Assembly (NCBI GenBank): GCA_003427395.1
Contig: BFEA01000011.1
Location: forward strand, 6,130,157 to 6,194,156
Source of the DNA: Chara braunii
Taxonomy: Eukaryota > Plantae > Charophyceae
Length of the DNA: 64,000 nt
Reading direction: 5' to 3'
How positions within the stretch are numbered: the stretch's first letter is position 1; each line of letters begins with the position of its first letter. Below the pieces are notes generated by a model. It searched no databases. It saw only the letters and a program-made list of their open reading frames with translations, and was not told the origin of the DNA. The translations under genes were made by a program, and so were the position numbers. Below, one piece after another: positions 26,754 to 39,943 of the stretch.

Positions 26754-26817
26754 AAGGAGGGGGGGGGGCACATGGGCCTGCAGGGCCCGATTAGCGTTCT
26801 CGGCCTAAAAGCCTGAA
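26754..26817 (+). mobile_element. Element A polypurine tract and start of 3' LTR
   Basis: AAGGAGGGGGGGGGG (26754-26768), then CACATGGGCCTGCAG...GCCTGAA, which matches the 5' LTR start minus its first ~18 nt. Confidence 0.85.
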
Positions 26818-28804
26818 GACGATGGATGGTGGCGAAGCTGCCGAATCGGTTGTCGATGGTGGTGAAACCATGCATGCGGTAGATTGTTGCACGTGGAGTG
26901 GTTGGTCCAACGGTGGGACCGAGTGGACAACATAATCCTCATAAGTGAACCAAGGACTCATGACATTCGCATCCTCCCCAGATGTGTAGGAGGTCGCTAG
27001 CAAGGCGGCCGAATCTGGCGGAGTGAGAGGTGGAGTCGCCTCACCTCCAGTGCAACTCAGTTTCTCGAGTTGATGAGAGGTCGAACATCCTCCTTGCCTT
27101 GATCCGGGCATTGGGAGGTCTTATGCTTGGTGCTGTTGCACCAATAGCAGCAGCCATACCGGCCGTGCCACTTGTATTCGGCCTCGGTCAAGTGAGACTT
27201 GACCCATGGTGTTGGCTGTCCGTTTCCTGCCGGCGATGCGGTTTTCGCCTTCCCTTTTCCTCGGGAGTTGTTGTTGCTTCGCGGCTGGATAGCGGCCACA
27301 TGATCTCCCTCACGTGATGCTTGGGTGACTGCTAGGTCTTCCACAATGTTGTCCGGTGGACTGCAGCGACATGCTGCAGACGTGGACCAAATTTTCCTTT
27401 CTCCACATAGGTTGGCGACCACGCCGACTTCTCGTGTGCGGCCGCCCTGTTGGTCTTGATGATCTCCCTTGCCTTGTTGATGATTTCGGCGAAGGTCGTG
27501 TATTGCTCGCGATCACCAAGTGCGAGGCTCAAGGCGGCACATGACCGGTTATAGAACTCCGGCGCAGATGCGAAAATGGCAATCAAGATCGGGCGTTGCC
27601 ACGATCTTTTGCCATTCCGTGAGCCAGTCACGTGTTGTTGTGTTGCCTTGAGTTATGCTGAAGAGGCGGTTGATGGCGAGTGCTGGGGCGTCGTCCACGA
27701 TGAACCGCTTCTTCCATAGCCTCGTCAACTCGTCCCACGAGGTCTTCTTATGTAGATCGGCGACCTGGACGTCGTGGATGGTTGCCAGGTGGCTGGGCCA
27801 GATCTGGCATCCGCCCTTTGAGTTGAGGAACAACGCGCCGATGTACGAGTGCTCGGGGACAAAAAGAATCCGAAGCTCCGTCGTAACGCCTTCCCACCAG
27901 GGGACCGGGTCTTGATGCGTATAATCATGGAACTTTTCGATGTGGAATGTCGGCATCTTGTAGTGCTGCGCACTGGTGTTGCCATCCTTGTTGGGCAGCT
28001 GGTGCAGTTGCTGAACCTCGGTCTTCACGGTGTCCAGCTGCTTGCTGATGATGGCTGGTGCAGTGAAGGTGCTGATGTCGCCGAGCATTGCGACTACGTG
28101 GTCAACTCCTCCAATTGGCGGGTAGAGGGTGCACTGCTGGACTCGCCAGCATCTGGTCCTGGTTCAACTTGCTCCAAGTCCTGTACACGGGAATCAAGTG
28201 CCCGTGTAGCATCCTCGTGCAGATCCTTGTGGTTCCGCACCACCCGTCGGAGATTCGCCAGCTCGCACTGCAGGTGGTTACAAGTATAAACCAACCGGGT
28301 CACGAGTTTGGCGAGAAATTCCTTGTGCTGCTCTTCCGGTGTCGCGTCTTCGTGGTTCTTGGATGGTTCAAAATGCCAGAACTTGAGCTTTTCGATGCTG
28401 GCGGCTTCGTGCCGCTGTAGCAGATCCTGGGCCTCCTTGAGGCGGACCTGGGCATCTGTGTCAGCTTCTGCCTGAAGTCGCTGCTTTTCAGCTACTGCCG
28501 CCGCTTCAGCCTGTAGGCGGGCAGCCTCGGCTGCCGCCTGACGCTGTTCCTCAGCCTCGATCAGTGCGAGCTGAGCTTGGAACCGCTGTCGGTACTTGGC
28601 AATGGACTCATTGGCCAGTTGGCGTGGCATGCCCAGAACTGAGACCGTCATGGTGGCGGGGCACTGCTGACATGGCACTGCTGACGTGGCACTGTTGCTG
28701 ACGTGGCACTGCTGATGTGGCACTGATGACATGGCACTGTACCAAACCTGGAATGCAGGCAAAGGGTTGGGTGGGAGGGAAAACGCAGGTAGGTAACCAA
28801 CCAA
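26818..28804 (-). pseudogene. Element A gag, disrupted
   Basis: Coiled-coil N-terminus, YKMPTFHIEKFHDYTHQDPVPWW, and Zn knuckle CYWCNSTKHKTSQC. Lies downstream of the PBS at 29413. Confidence 0.85.
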
Positions 28805-29401
28805 AGTATACTTTCCTCCCGGTCATAATCAACAGACTAAAAAAAATAAAATAAAATAAAAGAAGAGACTCATGATCACTCATCTCCCTTTTTTTTTTTT
28901 TTTTTTTTTGAAAATCTGTCGATTTGATATCAGTGAGGCACTTTATGGAGGAGTGCTAAGAGTAAGATTTAGGCAAGGCTTCGCCAAAATTTCGGCTTTT
29001 CCAAAAAAATTGCGATTTTGAAAAAAAAATTGTGCGAAATAGAATAGAGATTCGATTTTCAGAAAATACTAAATCCAGTTTCCGAGAATATGACAACCTC
29101 TATCGTTATCCTATATGCCTAGAAAACGAAATGATACCATCAGAATTTTTTGGCTATTTAGAACGAATGCTAATATCAGAAATTTTCAGATAAAACGAAA
29201 TGCTACTATCACAGTCTATCAGAAATTTTCAGATACTTGAAATGCGAGAAAGATTTCTTTTTTTTTTGCAGAGATTTGACGAAGTCCTACTTGATTTACT
29301 AATAAACAATCAATCAATTAATCAATCAATCAATCATTCAACAATCAGAAGATCAAGCAAGCTGGCTACTTGATTGGGCGGATCCTCTGATTGATAGGTC
29401 A

Positions 29402-29413
29402 GCTCCGATACCA
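29402..29413 (-). promoter_or_regulatory. PBS (tRNA-iMet-like) of element A
   Basis: Minus strand TGGTATCGGAGC, 3 nt after the LTR end. Confidence 0.88.
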
Positions 29414-29416
29414 AAC

Positions 29417-30572
29417 TGTCGCATACCGTAAAGGTGCAGACGAGAACAAGAACCGACCTCTCTCACTTAGTACAAGATAGCCCAGCGGAAGGCTAAAATA
29501 CCAATGATCCGAACAATCAATGTCGCAATGCAGACCAAACATACATCATCATCATTCCATGGTGTGAAGGGGCCTGGCGCTCACACAGGAAGAATGCGCC
29601 AGTCCCCAACCATACACAGACGAAGAAGAGGGGGGGTTAGACGAAGAAGAGGGGAAGATGGGAATGTCGTCAACACCAAGTCTTCAGTATAGGTCCCAAA
29701 TAATCCCTCGTCCAATGTCTCAATCCCAAAGTCGAGTCTGAATCCAAATGTCGTCAAGTCCCAAAGTCACCAATCTCTCTCTCTTTCTCGTAGTCTGTAG
29801 ATACTGAGAAGTTAGGTAGCGAGAGGGTAAGGGAGAGATGGTGGACTTAGAAGAGGAAGAAGAAGGACTCTCTCTCTCTCTCTCACTCTGGTACTAACCT
29901 GTGAAGGTGGCGCCTTGTTGCAGGTACACCGAAGATGAAGCTGGAACTATGGCGCCACAGGTAAGTCTCCCTGGCCTCCGCCAACCATCTCTCTCTCTCC
30001 AACGCTACTCTAGCTCCTAATAGCGCCCAGCGCTGAAGACTACTGCTAATGCTGCTACTACTACTATTACTGCAGCGCTCCTCCAGAGTGCTGCTGCTGA
30101 ATCCTGGAGACTGCCTCCTGCCTCCTGCACATGAAGTGCCTGGGAAGTTCCTATGAACTGCCTCGTGACTACCTGCAGCCTGCAGGGCAGGCCGGTCTTA
30201 TATAGTGCTGGCCGGTCCAGGAGGCTGCTCTTGCCAATGCCAAAACGTGCCAGACCCTGGTGTTGAAGTTCAAACAAGGGCTGTCTTGAAAACAGGCCAA
30301 AAATGGCCTGTGCTAAAACCCTGGTCTGATGCGTAAGTTTCAGGGCAGGTCGATCTTATGAGGGCCTGAAAATGGCCCTCCGTTTCAGGCTGAAAAGACT
30401 CAGGGCCTGGAGGGCCCTGTTTTAGGCTGAAACGACATAGGGCCTGTAGGCCCTCATTTTCAGGCTTTCAGGCTGAAAACGACACAGGGCCTGTAGGCCC
30501 TTGTTTTCAGGCTTTTAGGCTGAGAACGCTGGTCGGGCGCTGCAGGCCCTTGTGGCTGCGCAGCATGCCACA
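29417..30572 (-). mobile_element. Element A 5' LTR (1156 bp)
   Basis: TGTGGCAT...ATGCGACA termini on the minus strand. Two further copies lie in the window. Confidence 0.92.
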
Positions 30573-31215
30573 GGCTGACTGATCGCTGCCTCTTTATTTA
30601 TACTGTTTCGTTTGGTGGTCCGGGCCTGCCTGATGTCCCAGGCCCTCAAGATGTGCAATCCCACTCTGGTATTTGCTGCAAAATGGACTGGACTGGGACT
30701 GCCCTTTTGATTGTCCCTTCGGTGTTTGACTTGGGACTCTTGACATTTCAGACATGGACAGACTGCCCTTTCAACCTGTGAGCCATCGAGTTGACTCTTC
30801 AAGCACTGTTCTAGCCACGACCTACTGACCCTTTAGAGGACGTATGGCCAGTTGACCGTCTGAAAGGTCAACTGTAAATTCGCCGTTTTAGGAAACTTAA
30901 AGACGACCCTTGAGACTTCTAAACAACTAACCTATGGATGAAATCCACATGACCTAAGCTACACAGACAAAACATTTGTACACGGTTTTAGGGACAGGTT
31001 GCGGGTTGAAAGAGCACAGGGTCAACGGGCAACTATACAGTGGGCTAGGGAAAGTCTGGGGATCGAATCCTGGTATCTGCAATGTTAAGCGAACAGGGTG
31101 AAACCCTTTCTAAAATTTGGAGCATTACTCAATTTATGCATGTCATCCTTGCGCAGGGGCCATGCAAATCTTCTCTGTATCGTTCCAATTTTAACGGATG
31201 TCCCGAACCCTTTCA
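30573..31215 (-). mobile_element. Element B 5' LTR, proximal part (contains U6 insertion)
   Basis: Minus strand starts TGAAAGGGTT at 31215. Homologous to 14480-14599 plus 7115-7528. Confidence 0.85.
31111..31205 (-). pseudogene. U6: U6 snRNA retrocopy, slightly 5'-truncated
   Basis: Minus strand GGGACATCCGTTAAAATTGGAACGATACAGAGAAGATTTGCATGGCCCCTGCGCAAGGATGAC...CCAAATTTT. Flanked by the 9-bp direct repeat AACCCTTTC (31102-31110 and 31206-31214). Confidence 0.93.
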
Positions 31216-31347
31216 TTTTTATCAAACTGCCAAAATTATCACAGCAAAGCAGCCTTTCTGGTGGTGAGGTATCAGCAGCGCTGGCCCCTGGAACACCAAT
31301 AGCACCACTCCCTATTTACCGGGTTTTACCCTATAAAGAGTTTAATG

Positions 31348-32501
31348 CATGGCTGTGCCGGCAACCGGCCGGTTGGACCGGCCCGGATCCAACCGGGCCG
31401 GTTGGACCCCCGGTGGTCCAACCGGAATTCCGGTTGGGTCCAAAAGTGGGTCAAATTTTTTTATTTTTTTTTTTGGAAAACATGGTTGGACTGCGCTAAC
31501 GGAGATCTCCCCGAATCCGCAAAGAAAACTTTGAACAGAGAAGTTTCGTTTGGGGGATTGGGGGGTTGGGGGGGGGGTATTTCAGGGGTTGGTNNNNNNN
31601 NNNNNNNNNNNNNNNNNNNNNNNNNNNNNNNNNNNNNNNNNNNNNNNNNNNNNNNNNNNNNNNNNNNNNNNNNNNNNNNNNNNNNNNNNNNNNNNNNNNN
31701 NNNNNNNNNNNNNNNNNNNNNNNNNNNNNNNNNNNNNNNNNNNNNNNNNNNNNNNNNNNNNNNNNNNNNNNNNNNNNNNNNNNNNNNNNNNNNNNNNNNN
31801 NNNNNNNNNNNNNNNNNNNNNNNNNNNNNNNNNNNNNNNNNNNNNNNNNNNNNNNNNNNNNNNNNNNNNNNNNNNNNNNNNNNNNNNNNNNNNNNNNNNN
31901 NNNNNNNNNNNNNNNNNNNNNNNNNNNNNNNNNNNNNNNNNNNNNNNNNNNNNNNNNNNNNNNNNNNNNNNNNNNNNNNNNNNNNNNNNNNNNNNNNNNN
32001 NNNNNNNNNNNNNNNNNNNNNNNNNNNNNNNNNNNNNNNNNNNNNNNNNNNNNNNNNNNNNNNNNNNNNNNNNNNNNNNNNNNNNNNNNNNNNNNNNNNN
32101 NNNNNNNNNNNNNNNNNNNNNNNNNNNNNNNNNNNNNNNNNNNNNNNNNNNNNNNNNNNNNNNNNNNNNNNNNNNNNNNNNNNNNNNNNNNNNNNNNNNN
32201 NNNNNNNNNNNNNNNNNNNNNNNNNNNNNNNNNNNNNNNNNNNNNNNNNNNNNNNNNNNNNNNNNNNNNNNNNNNNNNNNNNNNNNNNNNNNNNNNNNNN
32301 NNNNNNNNNNNNNNNNNNNNNNNNNNNNNNNNNNNNNNNNNNNNNNNNNNNNNNNNNNNNNNNNNNNNNNNNNNNNAAAAAAAAAAAAAAAAGATGCGCT
32401 ACAGCCAACCGGGGGGGAACCGGCCCAGTCGACCGGCCGGTAGGACCGGTCCGGTTCCGGTTGGGGGAGGACCCCCCGGTCCTACCGGGTTTTCAGCACT
32501 G
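31348..32501. mobile_element. Non-autonomous hAT-type DNA transposon (middle is an assembly gap)
   Basis: Termini CATGGCTG and CAGCACTG, 8-bp TSD GTTTAATG/GCTTAATG, and dense subterminal CCGGT(T/A)GGACC motifs at both ends. Confidence 0.75.
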
Positions 32502-33129
32502 GCTTAATGATAACTTTAAGCATTTGAAAAGAATCTCAAATAGCATCATTGTAGGTAATCAGCTTAACCATCCCCTTCTTCATGGAAACATTTCATTTTT
32601 TGACTAGCGAAAAAATATGGGGAAAAAGAAACAATGACCATTGAGTTGAATTGACCGCAAACTCGTAAGTTCTACCTATATCATGGAGTATAGTATATTA
32701 CACTATCTGCATGAGAAGACACCAACACTCGTGGGCATCTATCTAGGATACATGGAGGCGACAAAATTGTTGTGTAAGCCAATAGCACCCCATAAAGAGA
32801 AGAGGGGGGCAGCCCCGTAGGTTCCCACTATATACAGGCCGACACGTATGAGCTGGCAATAGCATTGTCATGGACCTGCTGGCTTCAGTGATGCAAGCTT
32901 CCGTTGTCTGTAGAAACTCAATAGACCACCACTTCACCCCTTGTCTGACACCACCCGTTGTTTGTTATATATTATATGCTGGCAAAAAAGAGTCAATAGC
33001 AATACTAACACATGCAGCCCCGGCCCTTGCGGCACTCCTGTATCCATGCGAGATTCGATTCGCTTTCATTTTCTTGATGTCATATTGGAAGTGCATAGAG
33101 ATGATTATGGGCAGTGATCAGTGACGTTC

Positions 33130-33890
33130 TATCGCTTGGGATAGGAAGGTACTAAATAGCCCAAGTGGGTCCGGAGGCAGGTGAAGAACATGGTGTGGTG
33201 GGATGAACTCTCGCTGAACAGATCGATTACGTTGCCAGTTAGCAGCTCTGGCGCAACCTTGACAAGGGCGGCTTGGTCATGATCCAGTTTCCGAGTGGAG
33301 CACCATGTTCGAGAGGATCATATCGTACATAATTGCAGGCTCCAAAAATTTTATAACCCAGAGAAAGCATCTTGCAGCCAGTATTGGTCCGTGTGTACCA
33401 TCTTCTTGAGCTTGCATATGCCGCAGCCTACTTTTGCAGTCCTCGCAGGCAGACCAGGTTCTGCTGGCACCGGTGACTTGGCGCGGGTTGGTAGCGGACC
33501 TGTGCAGACTATTCATCATTAGCCAGATTATGAGCACGATTGGGAGTTCATGATTGTCATAGATCATACTTCAGTATGGGGTGGCGCCAGGGGAGACATT
33601 GCTGCTACCCCCTTGCTTTGGGGATGTCGAGATTCAGAGTTGCATTCACTGTTGGAATCGCTGCATTGGGGGGCCTCGGGAATCGGAGCTTCAGACCAAT
33701 GCACTTCATGTGATGTATATGTGGACCTATTCCTCTACTTGACCCGTGCTTACCCACATCTACATGAAAAGGCCCAATGCATTATCGCAAAGTCAACAAA
33801 GCTCGCTGAGATTACTGCGAATCGCAAGCTCGCAGATTGCAGAGCGAGGGGGTAGATATGTTCTGCCTTGGTATGTTGATCCTGAGTTCA
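33130..33890 (+). pseudogene. Degenerate hAT-like transposase C-terminal/dimerisation region
   Basis: Fragments KWVRRQVKNMVWWDEL, ALHVMYMWT, HIYMKRPNAL, KLAEITANRKL and GGRYVLPW in shifting frames. Recognised by eye only. Confidence 0.55.
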
Positions 33891-36800
33891 TTCACTATGT
33901 CAACAACGAGCTGTTGGCTAACTTGGCAAAGGCTGAGATCGACACTACCCTTTTGCATGCGAATATCGTTCACGACGTTCAGCAGACGGAGGATCTGCAC
34001 ACTCCAGTTCATCCACTGCTGTCTTTGGATGAGACCGTTTTGGAGAGACTTGTTGCTATCATGCATCCTGCCATGCATGAATTTAACAATGAGGACAACG
34101 TTCAACTGTTAGAAAGAGTGATAGACGAGACCCAACACGGATCGACGACCCGATCGAAGACCCAATCGAAGACGCTGCATTTATTCCATTGAGGTTGAGA
34201 GCGATGACAGAGTTGATGAGTGGTTAAAACCTAAGGTGGCAGGCGGCTTGGGAGGAGGTGTACAATGTGGATCGATGGAAACGCAGGGGGAGCAGGAGGG
34301 GACAATAGCAGTAGAGGGAACGACGGTGTTGGGTCATCAGGCGGTAGCTTTTCACGGGGTTTCACCGAGGGAGTGGTGTTCGTTCGAGAGGAGTAGATTG
34401 GAGCAATGGCAGTTTCGTAGGTCGGCGCAACACCAAGAGGCAGGCAGCGCTGCAGCTAATGAGAACGTGCAAGAATTTGCAAGAGGGGATGACCATGGAG
34501 CAGCGGTGGAGGAGGAGGCCAAGGTGTACACAAGAGGAGGCACGCCCTCCCCCCCCCACACATTATGGAGGAGGATGACTCGTTGGTCGAGGAGCTAGCT
34601 TTCTGCAGCACAGATTAGGCTATCACCTCCCTGCCACCAAAATCCTTTTTCCGAGCATATTCCTACACCGTTTGGGGCCGACATGAAGGTTGAGTATGAC
34701 CTCCCGCAGGATGCACATCAAGAGGTTGAGAGGATTTCTATGCCAGTGCGGCAAATTCTTTTAGACATCGACTCCCCAGGCATGAATCAATTGCTCGAAG
34801 AGAGGGATGTTTTGGTGCCCTCTACACTCAAAAGCGGCAGCTCACTGATAACAGTGATAAGGCATTTCAACGATCATTTTGTTCGCACCAGGAACAAGGT
34901 GATTACCACTCTGGAAAGACAGCACAACAACGTCAGGATTGCTTAGATCGGCAGGATAGTCACATCATGATAACAGAGGCCCTTAAAAAGAAAAAAACTT
35001 TAAAAAAGTAAAAAACAAAGATAACAGATGCCCAAATGGATCAAGATGAGACTCTGACAGTCCGGAAGAGGGCGCAGCGGATGATGGAGTTGAGGAGGGA
35101 GATCGGCTGTGGAAGTGCACTCGCCGAGGGCACGGGTGTGCAGGATGTTGTTAGTCAGCCGGCTGGGGCGGCCGCTGAGGTGTGAGATTCTGTTGGAGTA
35201 CTTGCAGGTGGTAGGTCACAGGGTTCTTCTGCAGTTGGTGCAAGGCTGCTGTCAGATCCACCTTTCCCTGAGGCCTCTCGGAGTCAGGGAGAGGAGCCTG
35301 TCGATCCTAGTAAGCATTTTTGTGATTGTGGTCAGGTAGCGAAGCTCTTGCAATATACTATGATTGAGGATCTAGTGGATGAGGTAGGGTTGCCTCCCCA
35401 CTGTCCCCAGGCCTGTCCCAACAAAAAGGCATGAGGAGGTTTTGGTGGGCCCCTGACTGTGGTAGGGGAGGGAGGAGAATTGGAGGATCCGATGAGGCCA
35501 TGCCTTCAGCTGCCTGCGGTATCGGGGGAAGGGGCTGTTGTGAGCCTTTACCTGTTTTAGTCTGCAAAAGGTTTTTGCTAAGTCCCTACCTATGCTATGG
35601 GGGCAAGGGGTTCCAGTGAGCCCCTGCCTGCAGTACAAGGGGGAAAGGGGTTCTACTGAGCCCCTGAAAAGGGAGGAGGATTTGATGACGTCGTATCGGC
35701 AGGGGAGGGAGGGGAGCCTTTACTAGTGGAGGCACACAAGGGAGGGCAACCTGTACATGGGCAGAGCGATGCACTTGCAGTGTCAATTTCAGGCACCTTG
35801 ACCCAAACAACAACAACAAACGTTTAATAGGGTTTATCCTATGCCTAGGGTTATGGATGATCTAGAGGTATGCAACTTGGGTGTTGACCCTGTGAGCAGT
35901 GTGAGGGAATATACCACAAGGGCAGGCACGGCACTGCAGACTGGAGTCACTGAGTCAGTACCCCAGCCGGCAACGAGTTCTGTGTGTCCTGAGTTTTTAC
36001 GGTCCACTGTGCAAAATGGGGGGTTTGAAGGAGGGAAGCCTCGATATTTGGTCGTCGGAGTGTGTTGTAGAGATTCAAGCCCAGCAAGACTCGGGAGCAG
36101 CAAGTGGTGAACCACAGTCACCAGGCATGGCCAGAGATGTCGGCAGACAGGTGCTGGTGATGCATCCCAGTCTCTTTCCCCTGTTGAGCTACACTCGCTC
36201 TGTAGCCCGGCTTCATGGTCAGACATGCGCTGGGTGATTGAGCGGGACATGGCGACACAGCCCGGAGCACATGAAGGACGTGCATCAGGAGAAGTGAGTA
36301 GAGCAACCCCTGGCGTGGTGGAGGCTGCAAGTTTTGCACGTTTAAGAGCAGCCACATCTACACGTCCTCGATTGTAATAGCACGCGCCACGCTGTATATT
36401 ATATGAGGGGGTTCTTGCTCCCAACTCTGCTGCAGACAGGCATGCCGCAGATTGAGTAGGGCATAGATGGTCTGGACATGCCACTGGACATAGTTTTTGA
36501 AACAGAGGTCGGAGCGAGAGGGATCATAATGATACATGGCGTTCATGGCATCCCATCTGCAAATGCCAGCGAGGAGCCACTAGGGTGTCCATGGGTGCTG
36601 GACAGCACACGGATAGGGTGTGTGTCTGCAGAGTTGACCCAGCTTATCATCGAAGCGTAGACTGCACCCGCACAGGGACTGCGAAAAACAAAAGAACACA
36701 AGACGATGCACCAGTACATGATGAACACAAGGGGATGCACTGACTTGGAGTTAGCCCCAGCAACAGCTTTCTGTCCTTGCGACTCTCTGCTCAGACTGGT

Positions 36801-36979
36801 TGTGAAGGAAACGGGACAACTTCGTGGTAGAATCTCTCAAGACGGCGACTGGGAGCCAACTCTGGTGATTCATGAAGAACTCAGCTATATTCATAAACAC
36901 TGACACCATCACAGGCCTTCCGAGATCTGTTTCCTCCCTCCGCTTTGTCAATTGTACCTATTGATTCGTATGGGTTGGA

Positions 36980-36981
<2 letters not shown>

Positions 36982-37057
<76 letters not shown>

Positions 37058-37081
37058 NNNNNNNNNNNNNNNNNNNNNNNN

Positions 37082-37147
<66 letters not shown>
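36982..37147. repeat. Compound (CT)n-(GT)n microsatellite with small gap
   Basis: Direct reading. Confidence 0.95.
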
Positions 37148-37151
<4 letters not shown>

Positions 37152-38248
37152 ACATACATTAAAGGTGCAGACCAGAACAAGAGCCGACCTCTCTCACATA
37201 GTATAAGATAGCGCAGCGGAAGGCTAAAATACCAATGATCCAAACAATCAATGTCGCAATGCAGACCAAACATACATCATCATCATTCCAGGGTGTGAAG
37301 GGGCCTGGCGCTCACACAGGAAGAATGTGCCAGTCCCCAACCATACACAGACGAAGAAGAGAGGGGTTAGACGAAGAAGAGGGGAAGATGGGAATGTCGT
37401 CAACACCAAGTCTTCGGTACAGGTCCCAAATAATCCCTCGTCCAATGTCTCAGTCCCAATGTCGAGTCTGGATCCAAATGTCGTCAAGTCTCAAAGTCAC
37501 CAATCTCTCTCTCTCTCTCTCGTAGTCTGCAGATACTGATAAGTTAGGTAGCGAGAGGGNGAGGGAGAGATGGTGGACTTAGAAGAGGAAGAAGAAGAAC
37601 TCTCTATCTCTCTATCTCAGTCCGGTACTAGCCTGTGAAGGTGGCGCCTTGTTGCAGGTACATCGAAGACGAAGCTGGAGCTATGACGCCACAGGTAAGT
37701 CTCCCTGGCCTCTGCCAACCATCTCTCTCTCTCCAACGCTACTCTAGTTCCTAATAGAGCCCAGCGCTGAAGACTACTGCTAGCACTACTACTACTACAG
37801 CGCTCCTCCAGAGTGCTGCTGCCGAATCCTGAAGACTGCCTCCTGCCTCCTGCACGTGAAGTGCCTGGGAAGTCCCTCTGAACTACCTCGTGACTGCCTG
37901 CAGCCTGCAGGGTGGGCCAGTCTTATATAGTGCTGGCCCGTCCAGGAGGCTGCTCTTGCCAATGACAAAATGTGCCAGACCCTGGCGTTGAAGTTCAAAT
38001 GAAGGTTGTCTTGAAAACAGGCCCAAAATGGCCTGTGCTAAGGCCCTGGTCTGGTGCTTAAGTTTCAGGGCAGGTCGATCTTATGAGGGCATGAAAATGG
38101 TCCTCCGTTTCAGGCTGAAAAGACTCAGGGCCTGGAGGGCCCTTCCTAGGCTGAAACGACACAGGGCCTGTAGGCCCTTGTTTCAGGCTTTTAGGCTGAG
38201 AACTCTGGTCGGGCCCTGCAGGCCCGTGCGGCTGCACAGAATGCCACA
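37148..38248 (-). mobile_element. Family A solo LTR inserted in (GT)n
   Basis: Full-length homology to 29417-30572, TG..CA termini, GTGTG on both flanks, and no PBS or PPT. Confidence 0.9.
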
Positions 38249-38257
38249 GTGTGTGTG

Positions 38258-38710
38258 TGTGATACATGCCAGTTGGGCAATGTATATGGAGCCAAGGATC
38301 CGCAGAGTGATGAAAACGACTAGAATGGACAATGCAATGTCAGCAAAGCATCAACAAGCAATGTACATCCCGATACATACAAAAGTAGCACAATGTAGCG
38401 CAGCGGAAAACTCAAAGATATGACCTGACCTATCTGATACTGAATCGACATCCCATCATACACCACACATTTGAGAGAGGAAGGAGGGACCGCATACACA
38501 GAAGAAAGGTCTCTCCTTGCACACACACATGGGGGGGATACCACGGATGAGAGATGGGGGGAGAGGCAAGACAAAAAGGGAGGCGAGGGAGAAGACCAAG
38601 ATCGCAATAGCTAAGTCCAAAAATAGTCCCTTGCCGAATGTCCAATCAATGTCTGCCACAAAAATGTCAGATCAGATCCTGGGCAAAATGCCCAATGTAA
38701 CATCTGCCTG

Positions 38711-38777
<67 letters not shown>

Positions 38778-38778
38778 C

Positions 38779-38872
<94 letters not shown>

Positions 38873-39603
38873 GAGGAGGCGAAGGAGGAAGGAGGAAGGA
38901 GGGAGAAGAGACGGGGGGCAAGACGACGACGAAGAAGAAGAAGATGTCGTCCTCCTCGCTGTCTCACCTGCAGGTAACTGCCGCCATGTACTGACTGCCA
39001 CTGTGGTCCCTGTGCAGGTCGCCGGCGTGGAGCGCGACTATGGCGCCAGGTGAGTACCGCTGCTGCAGGTATGGCCTCCACACCTCTGCCTACCTACGCC
39101 TCTACCTCTACCTCCTAGCGCAGCGCTGTAGTGTCGCAGCGCCGGTCCAGCAGCATGTCGCCCAAGAAGTGAGCTACCTGAACTGTGTGTCTGCTCAGCT
39201 GAGGCCCAGCTATATGTAGCGCTGGCCCGGCTGGGTGTGCCTCTGCCTTGGCCTGAAAACGGCCCGCACAGTCTGGGTCCCTACCGGGCGTCCAGACCGT
39301 CCTGCTGATTCAGCAGGGCGCCAAAATGCACCTGGCCTCCATCGGCCCTGCCTCCTGGTGTACCCAGCCCAGGGCGTGGCCTTGGGGGCTGCAAGTCCGG
39401 AATGACGTCTGCACAGACAAAAATAGGGCAGCGAATAAACAAATAAATAAATAAATGAACGAATGCTGTCTCATATCAGTATCTCCGTCCTAAGGGCCGC
39501 CGTGGGCCTCCAGGGCTCGTGTCTGAAAAGCACACGGCCTGGGGGCCCCTCAGCAACCGTCGGGCCCCTGAAATGGGGCCCGTGTGGAGGCGCGGCATGC
39601 AAC

Positions 39604-39604
<1 letters not shown>
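38258..39604 (-). mobile_element. LTR of a further family (D), probably a 3' LTR
   Basis: Minus strand TGTTGCATGCCGCG...GTATCACA, with termini and layout similar to LTR A. Preceded by a (GA)nGGG purine tract. Confidence 0.6.
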
Positions 39605-39681
<77 letters not shown>

Positions 39682-39862
39682 GCTTATCCCCTGCAAGTGG
39701 CCTCTCGCCACGAGCAGGGTGATCACCGATTCACCTGTGTACAGCACCATGCCTTCGTGTTTGAGATCCCAGGCTTGCAGGGCACCAGTCTGTGGTGGAA
39801 GGGGCCTGTTATCAAGACTTCTCTCCATTCACTCACAAAGACTTCAATCGCGACTCACAAAG

Positions 39863-39943
39863 GTTGCAATCGTGACCGGAGCACATGAGATTGCAATCGT
39901 GACTGGAGCACATGAGATTGCAATCGTGAGTGGAGTACATGAA
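39863..39943. repeat. 27-bp tandem repeat x3
   Basis: TTGCAATCGTGAC(C/T)GGAGCACATGAGA units. Confidence 0.85.

Noticed and set aside
31111-31205. Functional U6 gene targeted by an LTR element
   Set aside because: The TSD shows that U6 inserted into the LTR. It is 5'-truncated, mutated and promoterless.
31345-32607. Long ORFs in the ORF track (also 60955-61866 and the LSLS/ERER ORFs)
   Set aside because: They are artefacts of N gaps and dinucleotide microsatellites.
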